A stretch of 64,000 nucleotides of DNA from Thermoanaerobaculia bacterium (GTDB lineage Bacteria; Acidobacteriota; Thermoanaerobaculia; Gp7-AA8). The notes below the pieces were generated by a model that had not been told where the DNA came from, ran no database searches, and saw only the letters and a list, made by a program, of their open reading frames with translations. The translations under genes were made by a program, and so were the position numbers. Below, one piece after another: positions 10,109 to 20,340 of the stretch. Positions within the stretch are counted from its first letter, which is position 1, and each line of letters begins with the position of its first letter. Where the stretch lies: positions 7,064-71,063 of the forward strand of contig DASYGV010000077.1 in assembly GCA_035999335.1 (NCBI GenBank). The letters are read 5' to 3'.

Positions 10109-10801
10109 ATGCCCCAGCACATCGGAATCGTTGCATGCTCCGCCGAGGGCGCGGCCCTCTGCTATCGCACCATCTGCGTCGAGGGCGCACAGCTCCTCGG
10201 CGCGCACGATCATCCCGAGGTGTCGATGCACACGCACTCGCTGGCCGAGTACATGAAGTGCATCGATCGCGACGACTGGCAGGGCGTCGGCGAGCTGATG
10301 CTCTCCTCGGCGAACAAGCTCGCGAGGATCGGAGCCGATTTCCTGATCTGCCCCGACAACACGATTCACCAGGCGCTTCCGTACATCAAGGAGCGATCGC
10401 CGCTGCCGTGGCTGCACATCGCGGAGGTCGTCGCTGCGCGGGCGGCAGAGCAAGGGTTCCAGCGCATCGGTCTCACCGGGACGCGCTATCTCGTGGAGAG
10501 CGACGTCTATCCGCGCGACTACGTTCGCCCGAACGCCGATGATCGCGAAGAGATCAATCGGATCATCTTCGATGAGCTGGTGTACGGCGTCTTCAAGCCC
10601 GAGGCGGTCGCCCGGTTTCAGCAGGTCATGGGACGCATGAAGGACGAAGGCTGCGACGCCGTCGTCCTCGGCTGCACGGAGATCCCGCTGATCATGAGCG
10701 ACGCGAATTCGCCGCTGCCGACGCTGGATTCGACGCGTTTGCTGGCGCGCGCGGCGTTGCGTCATTCAGTTTATCCTCGCCCCAGTTTATCCCGCGCGTA
10801 G
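10109..10801 (+). CDS. Aspartate/glutamate racemase family protein
   Basis: IGIVACSAEGAALCY and VVLGCTEIPL motifs (two catalytic Cys regions). The last about 12 codons and the stop lie in a palindromic repeat. Confidence 0.8.
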   Translation: MPQHIGIVACSAEGAALCYRTICVEGAQLLGAHDHPEVSMHTHSLAEYMKCIDRDDWQGVGELMLSSANKLARIGADFLICPDNTIHQALPYIKERSPLPWLHIAEVVAARAAEQGFQRIGLTGTRYLVESDVYPRDYVRPNADDREEINRIIFDELVYGVFKPEAVARFQQVMGRMKDEGCDAVVLGCTEIPLIMSDANSPLPTLDSTRLLARAALRHSVYPRPSLSRA

Positions 10802-10891
10802 ACGCGGGATCTCTCCGTGCACCTGCTCTGCTCATGGCACGTGCGCTGCCGGTGCACGCGGAGATCCCGCGTCTGCGCGCGGGATAAACTG
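10767..10891. repeat. Palindromic element, family 3 (CAGTTTATCCCGCGCGTAGACGCGGGATCTC arms)
   Basis: Left arm 10783-10823 and right arm 10851-10891 are near-perfect inverted repeats. An extra partial direct copy lies at 10767-10781. Confidence 0.6.
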
Positions 10892-10899
10892 ACGGGCTC

Positions 10900-11760
10900 A
10901 TGAAACGCGTGCTTCTCGTCGCCCTTCTGCTGACCGGCTGCTCAACGTACGACTCGCCGATCGACCGCGTCATCGATTCGCATCGCGGCAAGACCATCGC
11001 CGTCGCGTATTACGACCTCCGGACCGGTACGACGCTGCTCCGCAACGAGCGCGAGGTCTTCCACGCCGCCAGCACGATGAAGGTGCCGGTGATGCTCGGA
11101 ATCTACGAAGCGGTGACTCGCGGCGAGCTGTCGCTCGACCAGCCCGTGCGGGTGAAGAACGAGTTCGTCAGCATCTTCGACGGCTCGGCCTACGCGCTCG
11201 ATGCGGGTGAAGACTCCGATCCGGAGCTTTACGGCCTGGTCGGGAAGGACCTTCCCTTACGCGAGCTCGTGCGGCGCATGGAAGTGCGCAGCTCGAACCT
11301 CGCGACGAACATCGTCATCGAGTTGATCGGCGCGAAGCGCGTCATGCGCCTCATGAACGAGATCGGCGCCAAGGACATTCAAGTGCTACGCGGCGTCGAG
11401 GACGACAAGGCCTATCGCGCGGGCATGAACAATACGACCACCGCCCACGACCTGATGCTCGTTTTCCGCACGCTCGCCGAGCGTCGCGCGATCTCGGCCG
11501 ACGCCTCCGACGCGATGATCGAGATCCTCGCGGCACAGGAGCACAATGGCGGGATTCCGGCGGGATTACCGCCGGGAACGAAAGTCGCGCACAAGACGGG
11601 CTCCATTACGAAGATCGCGCATGACGCGGGGCTGGTGTTTCGTCCCGACGGCTCACAATACGTGCTGGTCGTTCTTACACGCGGTTTCGAGAAACATGCG
11701 GACGCGGAAGCGGTGATTTCCGAAATTTCGCGCATTCTGTGGTTGACACAGCCACAATGA
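10900..11760 (+). CDS. Class A beta-lactamase-like serine hydrolase (lipoprotein)
   Basis: Lipobox LLLTGCS; STMK (SxxK), SSN (SxN) and KTG motifs in the canonical order. Confidence 0.75.
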   Translation: MKRVLLVALLLTGCSTYDSPIDRVIDSHRGKTIAVAYYDLRTGTTLLRNEREVFHAASTMKVPVMLGIYEAVTRGELSLDQPVRVKNEFVSIFDGSAYALDAGEDSDPELYGLVGKDLPLRELVRRMEVRSSNLATNIVIELIGAKRVMRLMNEIGAKDIQVLRGVEDDKAYRAGMNNTTTAHDLMLVFRTLAERRAISADASDAMIEILAAQEHNGGIPAGLPPGTKVAHKTGSITKIAHDAGLVFRPDGSQYVLVVLTRGFEKHADAEAVISEISRILWLTQPQ

Positions 11761-11889
11761 GCTGCTAAGGTTCGCGGCCTCAATGAAACAGTGCTTCGAC
11801 ATACTCGTCGACATACTCGCCTCCAAGGGCAACGGACGAGGAGCCTCGGCCGAGAGCTAGAGCTTTTTACAAGCACGCTCTCCTCGAGA

Positions 11890-11927
11890 GCCCCTTCGGT
11901 TGCCAATGCCGAAGGGGCTTTTTGTTT
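11890..11927 (+). terminator. Rho-independent terminator
   Basis: GCCCCTTCGG / CCGAAGGGGC 10-bp stem, 9-nt loop, followed by TTTTTGTTT. Confidence 0.7.
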
Positions 11928-12019
11928 CTGGCGACAAGGAACCGTCCGGCCGGTGGCGCGCACCGCTCCTGACGGATTGTATGAGGTGTGTGTTCCATGA
12001 ACGGGTTCTGACGGAGACG

Positions 12020-12077
12020 GTTTACGTCGCCAGGTAAAGGCCTGTCAGGCAACGCGGGTTCGACTCCCGCTGTAAAC
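12020..12077 (+). other. tRNA-like element lacking an anticodon arm (pseudo-tRNA or att remnant)
   Basis: 7-bp acceptor pairing GTTTACG/TGTAAAC; D-like hairpin GCC-AGGTAAA-GGC; canonical T-arm GCGGG-TTCGACT-CCCGC. Only 12 nt sit where the anticodon arm should be, and there is no CCA. Confidence 0.3.
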
Positions 12078-12254
12078 AAAAAGGGCCCGGCCGCGTCGAT
12101 GCGCGGAGCAGACGAAGCCCTGCAGCGCGCGTGCAGTGCGTACGGAAGCGTAGTCACAATGCCATGGTGACTCCGTCGACGGCGTAACGACGTGGCGCTC
12201 CGCTTCGGATGCAGCTCGTACCGAGTTTCGGTGCGGCCGGGATTTTGTGCAAAA

Positions 12255-12303
12255 GGGGCGTCGGGCATCCTGCCCGACGTGCGGGCTGGAAGCCCGCACC
12301 CCC
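12255..12303. repeat. REP-like element, family 2 (GGGCATCCTGCCCG + GGGCTGGAAGCCCGC hairpins)
   Basis: Two short GC hairpins. Related copies at 27815-27861, 58926-58952 and an inverted pair at 62045-62163. Confidence 0.55.
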
Positions 12304-12320
12304 ATGAGGAGGTATCCATC

Positions 12321-13433
12321 ATGTTCCGTAGACTGAAGATCAACGCACACGAGCGCGGGCTTCTGTTCCGCGAGCGTGAGTTCCTCGGCGTACTGTCGCC
12401 GGGCGTGTACTGGCGATTCGATCCGTTTCTGAAGCTCCGGCTGCAGACGGTCGACCCGCGCAATCCGTGGATCGTCCACAATGAGCTCGATCTCATTGTG
12501 AAATCGGGCCGTCTCGGCGACGAAGCCGCGGTGGTCGACCTCAAGGACCACGAGCGGGCGCTGGTATGGATCGACGGCCGTTTCGCGAGCGTGCTCAATG
12601 CCGGTCTGTACGCATACTGGACCACGGAGCGCACGGTTCGCGTGGAGACCATAGATGCACGCGCAATGAAGCTCGTACACGTAGAGCTCCCGGTCATTGT
12701 GAGATCGCCGGGCGCAACGGCGCTGCTCGAGGTGCTGAACGTCGAGCCGGGCCACGTCGGTCTGTGGTTCCGCGACGGTCTGTACCAGGAGACGCTGGGG
12801 CCGGGCACGTACGCATTCTGGAAGAGCGTCGGCACGCTGAAGCTGTACGACGCCGACCTCCGGGAGCTGGCGCTCGACATCAGCGGTCAGGAGATCATGA
12901 CCGCCGACAAGGTGACGCTGCGCGTCAACGCGCTCGTGACTTACCGGATTGCCGATCCGCTGCGTTCGGTGTCCGAGGTCGACGACGCGGCGCAGGCGCT
13001 CTACCGGGCCGCGCAGCTTGCGCTGCGTGAGGCCATCGGCGCGAAGGACCTCGACGCGCTGCTGGTGACGAAGGAAGTCCTGGGGCGCGAGCTGGCGGAG
13101 ACGATCCGTCCGCGCGCGGCGGAGCTGGGCTACGCGATCGTGAGCGCGGGTGTCCGCGACGTGATCCTCCCGGGCGACATGAAGGACCTGATGAACAAGG
13201 TGACCGAGGCGAAGAAGGCTGCGGAGGCATCGCTGATCACGCGCCGTGAGGAGACGGCAGCGATGCGGATGCAGGCCAATACGGCAAAGATCCTCGAGTC
13301 CAGCCCAACGCTGATGAAGCTGCGCGAGCTGGAGACGCTCGAGAGAGTCGCGGGCAAGGCCAACCTCACAGTGGTCCTTGGCGGGAATGGTCTCGAGGAG
13401 GGCCTCGCCAACCGCGTCATCAAGCTGCTTTAG
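12321..13433 (+). CDS. SPFH/Band-7 (slipin-like) domain protein
   Basis: ATG at 12321 preceded by GAGGAGG. C-terminal half TADKVTLRVNALVTYRI..ALREAIG...VRDVILPGDM matches the SPFH core. Confidence 0.85.
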   Translation: MFRRLKINAHERGLLFREREFLGVLSPGVYWRFDPFLKLRLQTVDPRNPWIVHNELDLIVKSGRLGDEAAVVDLKDHERALVWIDGRFASVLNAGLYAYWTTERTVRVETIDARAMKLVHVELPVIVRSPGATALLEVLNVEPGHVGLWFRDGLYQETLGPGTYAFWKSVGTLKLYDADLRELALDISGQEIMTADKVTLRVNALVTYRIADPLRSVSEVDDAAQALYRAAQLALREAIGAKDLDALLVTKEVLGRELAETIRPRAAELGYAIVSAGVRDVILPGDMKDLMNKVTEAKKAAEASLITRREETAAMRMQANTAKILESSPTLMKLRELETLERVAGKANLTVVLGGNGLEEGLANRVIKLL

Positions 13434-13445
13434 AAAGAGAACGAA

Positions 13446-14204
13446 ATGGGCAAGGAGATCTCTCCGGAAAAACTACTGGACATGATCCGCAGCATTCTCC
13501 CTTCGACGGCGCGCGTCCGTGCGCGCCGTGCGAAGGCGGCGAAGAGCCGAAAGGTGCGGCGCCGCGTACACGCGGCGCTGCACCACGAGGATGCGGAGGA
13601 AACGAAGCTCGACCTGTACCAGGAGGCCAACCAGCGCGTAAACGTTTGGGACCGCCGCGGCGCCGACAAGCTCAATCACTTCATGCGCTGGTGCGAGTCC
13701 TGGACGCGAGGCATGACCGAGCGCCAGGCGCTCGATGCGGTTCGCGCGGTGCTCCCACGCAACCTCATCGGCGATCACGCATTCAGCCACTGGGAGTCGC
13801 ATGTGAAGTACCGGCACCGCCGCTACGCGTATGTTTCGGGGGAGCGTCAATGGCAGAGTCGATATGACAAAACACGGCACCGCCTGCGACAGGCGTTGTC
13901 AATTGACCCCGGATTTCCGGGACGCTTCAACGCCGCGGTGAAGGAGAAGAAGGAGCCTGAATTGCCGCGGCGGATGCTGCACGGACTGCACGACGTCGAC
14001 GCCTTCGTCGCCGACGTGCTGAACAAGCACGATTACCACCTCGAAGAGCGCGTACTGCTCGGCCTCCTCACGGAGGTCGAGCAGTACGGTCTAGGAGAAG
14101 GCTCTGTCATCCTGAAGCCGCGCAGACGGCGAAGGATCCCCTGTTTGGAACGCGTCACGCGCTTCGGCAGGAGGTCCTTCGCCGTCTACGCGGCCTCAGG
14201 ATGA
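13446..14204 (+). CDS. Hypothetical basic protein; the last about 35 codons and the stop are encoded by a family-1 repeat
   Basis: 12 nt after the SPFH gene; high GC3. The reading frame runs into the element at 14103 and stops at the TGA in its right arm. Confidence 0.6.
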   Translation: MGKEISPEKLLDMIRSILPSTARVRARRAKAAKSRKVRRRVHAALHHEDAEETKLDLYQEANQRVNVWDRRGADKLNHFMRWCESWTRGMTERQALDAVRAVLPRNLIGDHAFSHWESHVKYRHRRYAYVSGERQWQSRYDKTRHRLRQALSIDPGFPGRFNAAVKEKKEPELPRRMLHGLHDVDAFVADVLNKHDYHLEERVLLGLLTEVEQYGLGEGSVILKPRRRRRIPCLERVTRFGRRSFAVYAASG

Positions 14205-14208
14205 CAGA
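14103..14208. repeat. MITE-like palindromic element, family 1 (second full copy)
   Basis: Arms 14106-14136 and 14175-14205. The interior is the reverse complement of the interior of the copy at 987-1092. Confidence 0.7.
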
Positions 14209-14256
14209 ACCAACGCCCGTAGAAATCGGCACGCCGCTTGCCGCGTTACGAGCGTC

Positions 14257-14574
14257 ATGAAGCCGGACGAGCCGCTCCCTCCCGCCCCGCCCGATGCTCC
14301 CGAAGCTCCTTTCGAGTTCGGCGACCGCACGGTCCTTGCGCTTCGCTCCCAGGCCTTCGACATCGAGCAAGAGTACGGGACGATGATCCGCCCAAGCGCA
14401 CCGCCGGTGCCGATGGAAACGACGGAAATCCCGATGCCCTTGCTCGAGCTGCCAGCGACCGACCCGATTCTACGGCTCGAAGAAAAAATCGACACCGCGC
14501 TGCGCCTCATCCAGTCGCTTCAGCGGCAACTCGACTCGATCGATGCCGCGCTCGCCCGCACGCTAAATCGGTAG
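14257..14574 (+). CDS. Hypothetical small protein (Pro-rich N-terminus, C-terminal helix)
   Basis: 105-aa ORF with high GC3 that ends 14 nt before the lhr start; no recognisable motif. Confidence 0.45.
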   Translation: MKPDEPLPPAPPDAPEAPFEFGDRTVLALRSQAFDIEQEYGTMIRPSAPPVPMETTEIPMPLLELPATDPILRLEEKIDTALRLIQSLQRQLDSIDAALARTLNR

Positions 14575-14590
14575 TAGATAATGTTCCTTC

Positions 14591-17500
14591 ATGCCCCTGT
14601 CCCGGTTCCATCCCATCACCCGGCAATGGTTCGCTGACACCCTCGGCACTCCCACACCCGCGCAGGCCCGAGGCTGGGCCGCGCTTCGCGAGCGCCGGCA
14701 CACGCTGGTCGCCGCGCCGACCGGCTCGGGAAAAACGCTCGCCGCATTCCTCACCGCACTCGACGACCTCGTCGTCGAAGGACTCGAAACGCCGCTGCCC
14801 GACGAAGTGCGAGTCGTCTACGTCTCGCCGCTGAAGGCGCTCTCGACGGACATCCACAAGAACCTCACCGAGCCGCGCGAAGGCCTCGAGCGCCTCGGCG
14901 CACCGCGCATCACCGCGGCCGTGCGCACGGGCGACACGTCGACGTCCGAGCGCGCGGCGATGCTCCGCACGCCGCCGCACATCCTCGTGACGACGCCGGA
15001 GTCGCTCTACCTCCTGCTGACCGCGGAGCGCAGCCGCGAAATGCTTCGCACGGTGCGGACGGTGATCGTCGACGAGATCCACGCCGTCATCGGCACGCGC
15101 CGCGGCGCGCATCTCGCGCTGACGCTCGAACGCCTGCAGCACGTCGCCGAGCGCCCGCTGATCCGCCTCGGACTCTCGGCAACGCAGAAGCCGATCGAGG
15201 AAGTCGGGCGATATTTGGTCGGCAACGACGACGTCGCGATCGTCAACGAAGGCCATCGCCGCGCGATGGATCTGCAGCTCGAGCTTCCGCGCTCGCCGCT
15301 CGAAGCAGTGATGTCGGCGGAGGTCTGGACCGAGTACTACGATCGCCTCACGCAACTCATCGCCGAGCACAAAACAACGCTGGTCTTCGTGAACACGCGC
15401 CGCATGGCCGAGCGCGTCGCGCGGCATCTCGCCGATCGCCTCGGCGAAGAAGCGGTGACTGCACATCACGGGAGTCTCTCGAAAGAAAACCGCCTCGATG
15501 CCGAGACGCGGCTCAAGAGCGGAAACCTCAAGGCGCTCGTGGCGACGGCGTCGCTGGAGCTGGGCATCGACATCGGCAGCGTCGATCTCGTCTGCCAGCT
15601 CGGCTCGCCGCATCGCATCGCCACGTTCCTCCAGCGCGTCGGCCGCTCGGGTCACACGGTCGCGGGACTGCCGAAAGGACGCCTCTTCCCCGTTTCGCTC
15701 GACGACCTCGTCGAATGCGCGGCGCTGCTGCGCGCGGTGAAGCGCGGCGAGCTCGATCGCATCGTCGTCCAGGAAGCGCCGCTGGACGTGCTCGCGCAGC
15801 AGATGGTCGCCGAGGCCGCGTCGAGTGATTACGCGGAAGACGATTTATACGCGCTCGTGAAACGCGCCTGGCCTTATCGCGATCTGAATCGCGACGACTT
15901 CGACGCCGTCGTGAAAATGACCGCGGAGGGATTCGCGACGAAGCGCGGCCGGCGCGGCGCGCTGCTGCATCGCGACGAAGTGAACCGCGCTGTCCGCGGA
16001 CGCCGCGGCTCGCGCATGCTCGCGATCACCTCCGGCGGCGCGATCCCCGAGGTCGCGGACTATCGGGTCGTGCTCGAGCCGGAGGAGACGTTCATCGGGA
16101 CGCTCAACGAAGACTTCGCCATCGAGAGCATGGCCGGCGACGTCTTCCAGCTCGGCAACACATCGTGGCGCATCACGCAGGTGCTGAGCGGCGTCGTGCG
16201 CGTGACGGACGCGAAGGGCGAGCCGCCCAGCATTCCGTTCTGGTTCGGCGAAGCACCCGCGCGCAGCGATGAGCTGTCGCGCGCGGTGAGCGATTTGCGC
16301 GCGGATCTCGACGAGATCCTCGACGACGAGAACTCCGCTCTCGAGCTACTCCTCGAAACGGGCATCTCGCGGCACGCCGCCGAAGAGATCGTCGAATATC
16401 TCGCCGCCTCGCGTCGCGCGCTCGGCGTGCTTCCGACTCAGGAGACGCTCGTGCTCGAGCGCTTCTTCGACGAAGCGGGCGGCATGCAGCTCGTGCTGCA
16501 CGCGCCGTTCGGCAGCCGGATCAATCGCGCGTGGGGACTCGCGCTGCGGAAGCGCTTCTGCCGCCAGTTCAATTTCGAGTTGCAGGCCGCGGCGACGGAA
16601 GACGCGGTGCTGCTCTCGCTGGGACCGCAGCACTCGTTCCCGCTCGCGGACGTCTTCCGCTATCTGCATCCGAACACGGCGAAGGACGTGCTCGTGCAGG
16701 CGTTCCTCGACGCGCCGGTGTTCAAGACGCGTTGGCGCTGGAACACGACCATCTCGCTCGCCGTACCGCGCAACCGTAACGGCAACAAAGTCGCGCCGCA
16801 ACTGCAGAGGATGATGGCCGACGATCTGATGGCCGCGGTGTTCCCAGACGCCGCCGCGTGTTTCGAGAACATCCCCGGCGACCGCGAGATCCCCGACCAT
16901 CCGCTCGTGAAGCAGGTCGTACGCGACTGCCTCGAGGAGGCGATGGACTTCGACGGACTCGCGCGCGTGCTCACGCGCATCCATCAGAACGAGGTCCGTC
17001 TCGTCGCGCGCGACACGCCGGAGCCGTCGCCGCTGACGTACGAGATCCTCAACGCGAAGCCGTACGCGTTCCTCGACGACGCGCCACTCGAGGAGCGCCG
17101 TACGCAGGCTGTGCTCACGCGCCGCGGCGGCGAGATCTCGGAGTTCGGCGCGCTCGACGCCGCGGCGATCGCGCGCGTGCGCGATGAGGAACGTCCCGAC
17201 CCGCGCGACGCGGACGAACTGCACGACGCGCTATTGACGGCAGGGTTCCTTCTCGACGAGGAAGTGGACAGGACGCTTGCGCACGTTTTGGAGTGCGCAG
17301 GCAGGGCCTGCGCTTTTGAAACGATCTGGATCGCGGCGGAGCGTCTCCCTGAGTTCCTCGCCATTCACGACATCGACGCCCCCATCGCTCCCCCCGCGTC
17401 GCGCGTCAAACCCTGGATCCGCGAAGACGCCATCGTCGAGCTCCTCCGCGGACGCACCTCCATCCTCGGCCCCACCACCGCGCGCGAGCTCGCGGTCTCG

Positions 17501-18721
17501 CTGACTATCGACGAGCGCGAGGCAGACGCGGCGTTGCTGAAGCTCGAGTCCGAGGGCGTTGTGTTGCGCGGGCACTTCAGTGCGCCTAATGAGTGGTGCG
17601 ATCGAAGACTCCTCGCGCGGATCCATCGCTACACCCTCAACCGCCTGCGCGCGGAGATCGAGCCGGTCGGCGCGGCGGATTTCATGCGCTTCCTCTTCGC
17701 GTGGCAGCACGTGGCGCCGTCGGCGAGGCTCATGGGCATCGACGGATTGCAGGCGGTGATCGCGCAGCTCGACGGCTTCGAGATTGCGGCCGGCGCGTGG
17801 GAGCGCTCGGTGCTGCCATCACGCATCGACACGTACGAAGCATCGCTGCTGGACATGCTCTGCCTGACCGGCGAAGTCGGCTGGGCGCGACTCTCGCCCG
17901 CGGCGACGAGCGTCGTCAGCGCGACACCGATCGCGCTGTTCCTGCGCGAGCACGCAGACGCGTGGCAGTCGTTGCGCGGCGAATCCGAGATCGTTCTCAG
18001 CGATCGCGCGCAGACGGTGCTCGACACGCTCCGCGCCCGCGGCGCCTGTTTCTCCCGCGACCTCGGCAATGACGGCGAGGCGCTTGACGAAGCATTGTCC
18101 GAGCTGGTCTCCGCGGGCCTGATCGCATCCGACGGCTTCGCTGGATTGCGGACGCTCGTCAACGCGAACGCTCGCGCGAACTACGCGGGACGATGGTCGA
18201 TCGTCGACGGGCTGAAGCCCGTCCTACGTGACGACGCGGTCGAGATCCAGGCGCGTGTGCTGCTGCGCCGCTACGGCATCGTTTTCCGCAGAATCCTCAC
18301 GCGCGAGCCGAACGCCGCGCCTTGGCGCGAGCTCGCGCGGGTGTACCGGCGACTCGAAGCGCGCGGCGAGATCCGCGGCGGACGTTTCGTCCACGGCATG
18401 AGCGGCGAACAGTTCGCGCTGCCGGAGGCGATCGAGCGCCTGCGCGAAGTGCGTCGAGAGACGCCGGACGGAAAACTGATCGTCCTCTCCGCCGCCGATC
18501 CGCTCAACCTCATCGGCATCATCACCCCGGACGAACGCATCCGCGCGGTGCCGGCCACGCGCATCGCATGGCGCGACGGCATCGCGGTCTCGGTGATGGA
18601 AGGCGACTATGTCCGCCCGCTGGCGAACCTCGACGAGACCGCGGCAATGAACGTCGCGGCCGCGCTCGCGGGAAGACGCGTGCCCGTCGCGAGCGGTTGG
18701 GTGGGAAGAAGCAGCGCGTAA
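14591..18721 (+). CDS. lhr: Lhr-like large ATP-dependent DEAD/DEAH-box helicase
   Basis: N-terminus FHPITRQWF...AQ..GW...[16 protein letters not shown]; DEIH box; HHGSLS; QLGSP; long C-terminal extension (1376 aa). Confidence 0.9.
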   Translation: MPLSRFHPITRQWFADTLGTPTPAQARGWAALRERRHTLVAAPTGSGKTLAAFLTALDDLVVEGLETPLPDEVRVVYVSPLKALSTDIHKNLTEPREGLERLGAPRITAAVRTGDTSTSERAAMLRTPPHILVTTPESLYLLLTAERSREMLRTVRTVIVDEIHAVIGTRRGAHLALTLERLQHVAERPLIRLGLSATQKPIEEVGRYLVGNDDVAIVNEGHRRAMDLQLELPRSPLEAVMSAEVWTEYYDRLTQLIAEHKTTLVFVNTRRMAERVARHLADRLGEEAVTAHHGSLSKENRLDAETRLKSGNLKALVATASLELGIDIGSVDLVCQLGSPHRIATFLQRVGRSGHTVAGLPKGRLFPVSLDDLVECAALLRAVKRGELDRIVVQEAPLDVLAQQMVAEAASSDYAEDDLYALVKRAWPYRDLNRDDFDAVVKMTAEGFATKRGRRGALLHRDEVNRAVRGRRGSRMLAITSGGAIPEVADYRVVLEPEETFIGTLNEDFAIESMAGDVFQLGNTSWRITQVLSGVVRVTDAKGEPPSIPFWFGEAPARSDELSRAVSDLRADLDEILDDENSALELLLETGISRHAAEEIVEYLAASRRALGVLPTQETLVLERFFDEAGGMQLVLHAPFGSRINRAWGLALRKRFCRQFNFELQAAATEDAVLLSLGPQHSFPLADVFRYLHPNTAKDVLVQAFLDAPVFKTRWRWNTTISLAVPRNRNGNKVAPQLQRMMADDLMAAVFPDAAACFENIPGDREIPDHPLVKQVVRDCLEEAMDFDGLARVLTRIHQNEVRLVARDTPEPSPLTYEILNAKPYAFLDDAPLEERRTQAVLTRRGGEISEFGALDAAAIARVRDEERPDPRDADELHDALLTAGFLLDEEVDRTLAHVLECAGRACAFETIWIAAERLPEFLAIHDIDAPIAPPASRVKPWIREDAIVELLRGRTSILGPTTARELAVSLTIDEREADAALLKLESEGVVLRGHFSAPNEWCDRRLLARIHRYTLNRLRAEIEPVGAADFMRFLFAWQHVAPSARLMGIDGLQAVIAQLDGFEIAAGAWERSVLPSRIDTYEASLLDMLCLTGEVGWARLSPAATSVVSATPIALFLREHADAWQSLRGESEIVLSDRAQTVLDTLRARGACFSRDLGNDGEALDEALSELVSAGLIASDGFAGLRTLVNANARANYAGRWSIVDGLKPVLRDDAVEIQARVLLRRYGIVFRRILTREPNAAPWRELARVYRRLEARGEIRGGRFVHGMSGEQFALPEAIERLREVRRETPDGKLIVLSAADPLNLIGIITPDERIRAVPATRIAWRDGIAVSVMEGDYVRPLANLDETAAMNVAAALAGRRVPVASGWVGRSSA

Positions 18722-18906
18722 ACGCGAAGCGTCTGGAGTTCGCGAGCGGTTGCGGTAGCGTCGAGCGGATGCATCTGATCCCGGCGGATGGCAAGGGCCT
18801 TCAGTACTCGTCGTACCTGCGCGAACGGGTGCTGCTGTCGATGGAAGATGGGCGCGCCGCGTTGCGACACTGCGCGACGAGATCATCGCTACGGGGCCGC
18901 GGTAAC

Positions 18907-19470
18907 CTACCGAGAAAGTACGCGACACACCTTGAAACGTATGTCGTCGCAGAACCGTCCCTTGCATGCCATCGCGACGGCAGCAAAATCTTTGGGGAAT
19001 CTCACTGTATTCGACGGCGACTTCGAGTCGGTAACCCACGGATAGGTCCACATACAGTCGGACCCAGACGGGTACGCTTCGTCCAACTCCACGCATTCGA
19101 GAAAGACGTCGTCGCAGTTTTTTCCCTTACAGGATAAACCGGAGATGAATCGCAAGTCGGAGCAACCTCTTCCTTCGATTCCTTCCTCTTCAGAGATCCG
19201 CTCGGTCCACTCGATATCGCCGATGATCTTGTATGAGGGTGCTGCGGTCGAACTGGTCGCAGTGCCGCAAATCAGCGTGATATTGTCACAGAACGAGCCC
19301 CAACAAGTGATCCCGCCGAGGAGTTTGGTCCCACAGGATCTTGGTGCCGTCCCGTCGGAGATCGTGGTTGGCGATCGATCGACCACGAGGGTTCCTGGGC
19401 AGCCGAGCTGTACGAACCCTGAAATGATGATCGACACAAGCAACAAACAGAACAACGTGTGTTTTTTCAT
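18907..19470 (-). CDS. Secreted Cys-rich protein with three C-x-G-x-x-C-D-[DN]-[IV]-x-[LF]-x-C repeats
   Basis: Internal ATG at 19470 gives signal peptide MKKHTLFCLLLVSIIISG. Motifs ITCWGSFCDNITLIC, LSCKGKNCDDVFLEC, MACKGRFCDDIRFKVC. AT-richer DNA. Confidence 0.55.
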   Translation of the reverse strand: MKKHTLFCLLLVSIIISGFVQLGCPGTLVVDRSPTTISDGTAPRSCGTKLLGGITCWGSFCDNITLICGTATSSTAAPSYKIIGDIEWTERISEEEGIEGRGCSDLRFISGLSCKGKNCDDVFLECVELDEAYPSGSDCMWTYPWVTDSKSPSNTVRFPKDFAAVAMACKGRFCDDIRFKVCRVLSR

Positions 19471-19763
19471 GCGCCGTGCCTCCAGCCAGCTCACGGCAAG
19501 CGCTGCCTGCTTCGGACAGTTCCGAACTCGAGTTTGAACTAAGCCCCGACTATTCGGACGAGGCCGCTGTGCCTGCGGCGACCGGAACATATTGGCACCG
19601 CCAATAGTCGGTTGATTGCAACCCTTGCGTCGAATATAGGTCGCGCACATCATAAATGCCATAGCGGCGGCACTCCTCCTCCTCGCTGTTCTTGAGATCT
19701 GTCACCGATCTCGGGAGGTTTCAGCACATTTCACGCGCATCCTGCCGCCCCATCCTCCGCCGC

Positions 19764-20340
19764 TTACAGTCGCGAGCGCGCTGCTGTCACAAGAAGCTCC
19801 TTCCGCTGTCGACGATCAGTTTTTCGACGATCGGCGACTTGGTCACGAAGTATCTGATTACCAACTGAGGCTGTGAGCGAGGGTGAGGGGGCTCCTGGGA
19901 TTGGAGATGCGTGGCAATTGCCGGTTGGGGCCCGCCGGAGATTCCGTTCACAAGGTTCGGGGGTCTTCGGTTTCGTCGCCGGCGTCGGAGGCCAGGCGCG
20001 GTTCGCCGCGGCGAAGTGACATTGCATACACGTCGCACCGAACTGCGGCAGCGAGTTATTGATGTCCTGGTAGTACGTCTCCATCGTCACATTCGCGACC
20101 GGAACGTCCATGGCGTCCGGACCCGGCTCCGGGTTCAACGCGCCCTGACGTAGTCGTTCAGCTTGAACAGTTTCGTCGGGTTGCCAGGCACCACTTCCCA
20201 TCCCATCCAGCGGCCAATGCGAGCCGGATAAAGGAAGACGATCGCCTCAACGTCATTCGTGCTCGAACGTCGCCCACAGCCAGGAGTTGAATCCTTTGAC
20301 CTTCTGGATGATGTGCAGGCTCGACCAGCGCGACGCGTTG
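19764..20340 (-). pseudogene. Frameshifted remnant of a c-type cytochrome-like (CxxCH) gene
   Basis: Plausible peptide continues across three frames: HIIQKVKGFNSWLWATFEH, then NDVEAIVFLYPARIGRWMGWEVVPGNPTKLFKLNDYV, then LNPEPGPDAMDVPVANVTMETYYQDINNSLPQFGATCMQCHFAA. Confidence 0.45.

Noticed and set aside
9084-10190. N-terminal 369-aa extension of ORF 8268-10190
   Set aside because: The extension is antisense to the well-supported saccharopine-dehydrogenase-like gene and is Arg-rich junk. Only the C-terminal 271 aa (ATG at 9083) look like a real membrane protein.
11761-12090. Possible tmRNA (ssrA), because of the GCGGGTTCGACTCCCGC T-arm
   Set aside because: The acceptor stem lacks the G1-C72/G3-U70 alanine identity set and the ACCA end. 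The 5' acceptor strand is only 34 nt upstream, and no tag reading frame ending in a typical ..AA-stop is evident.
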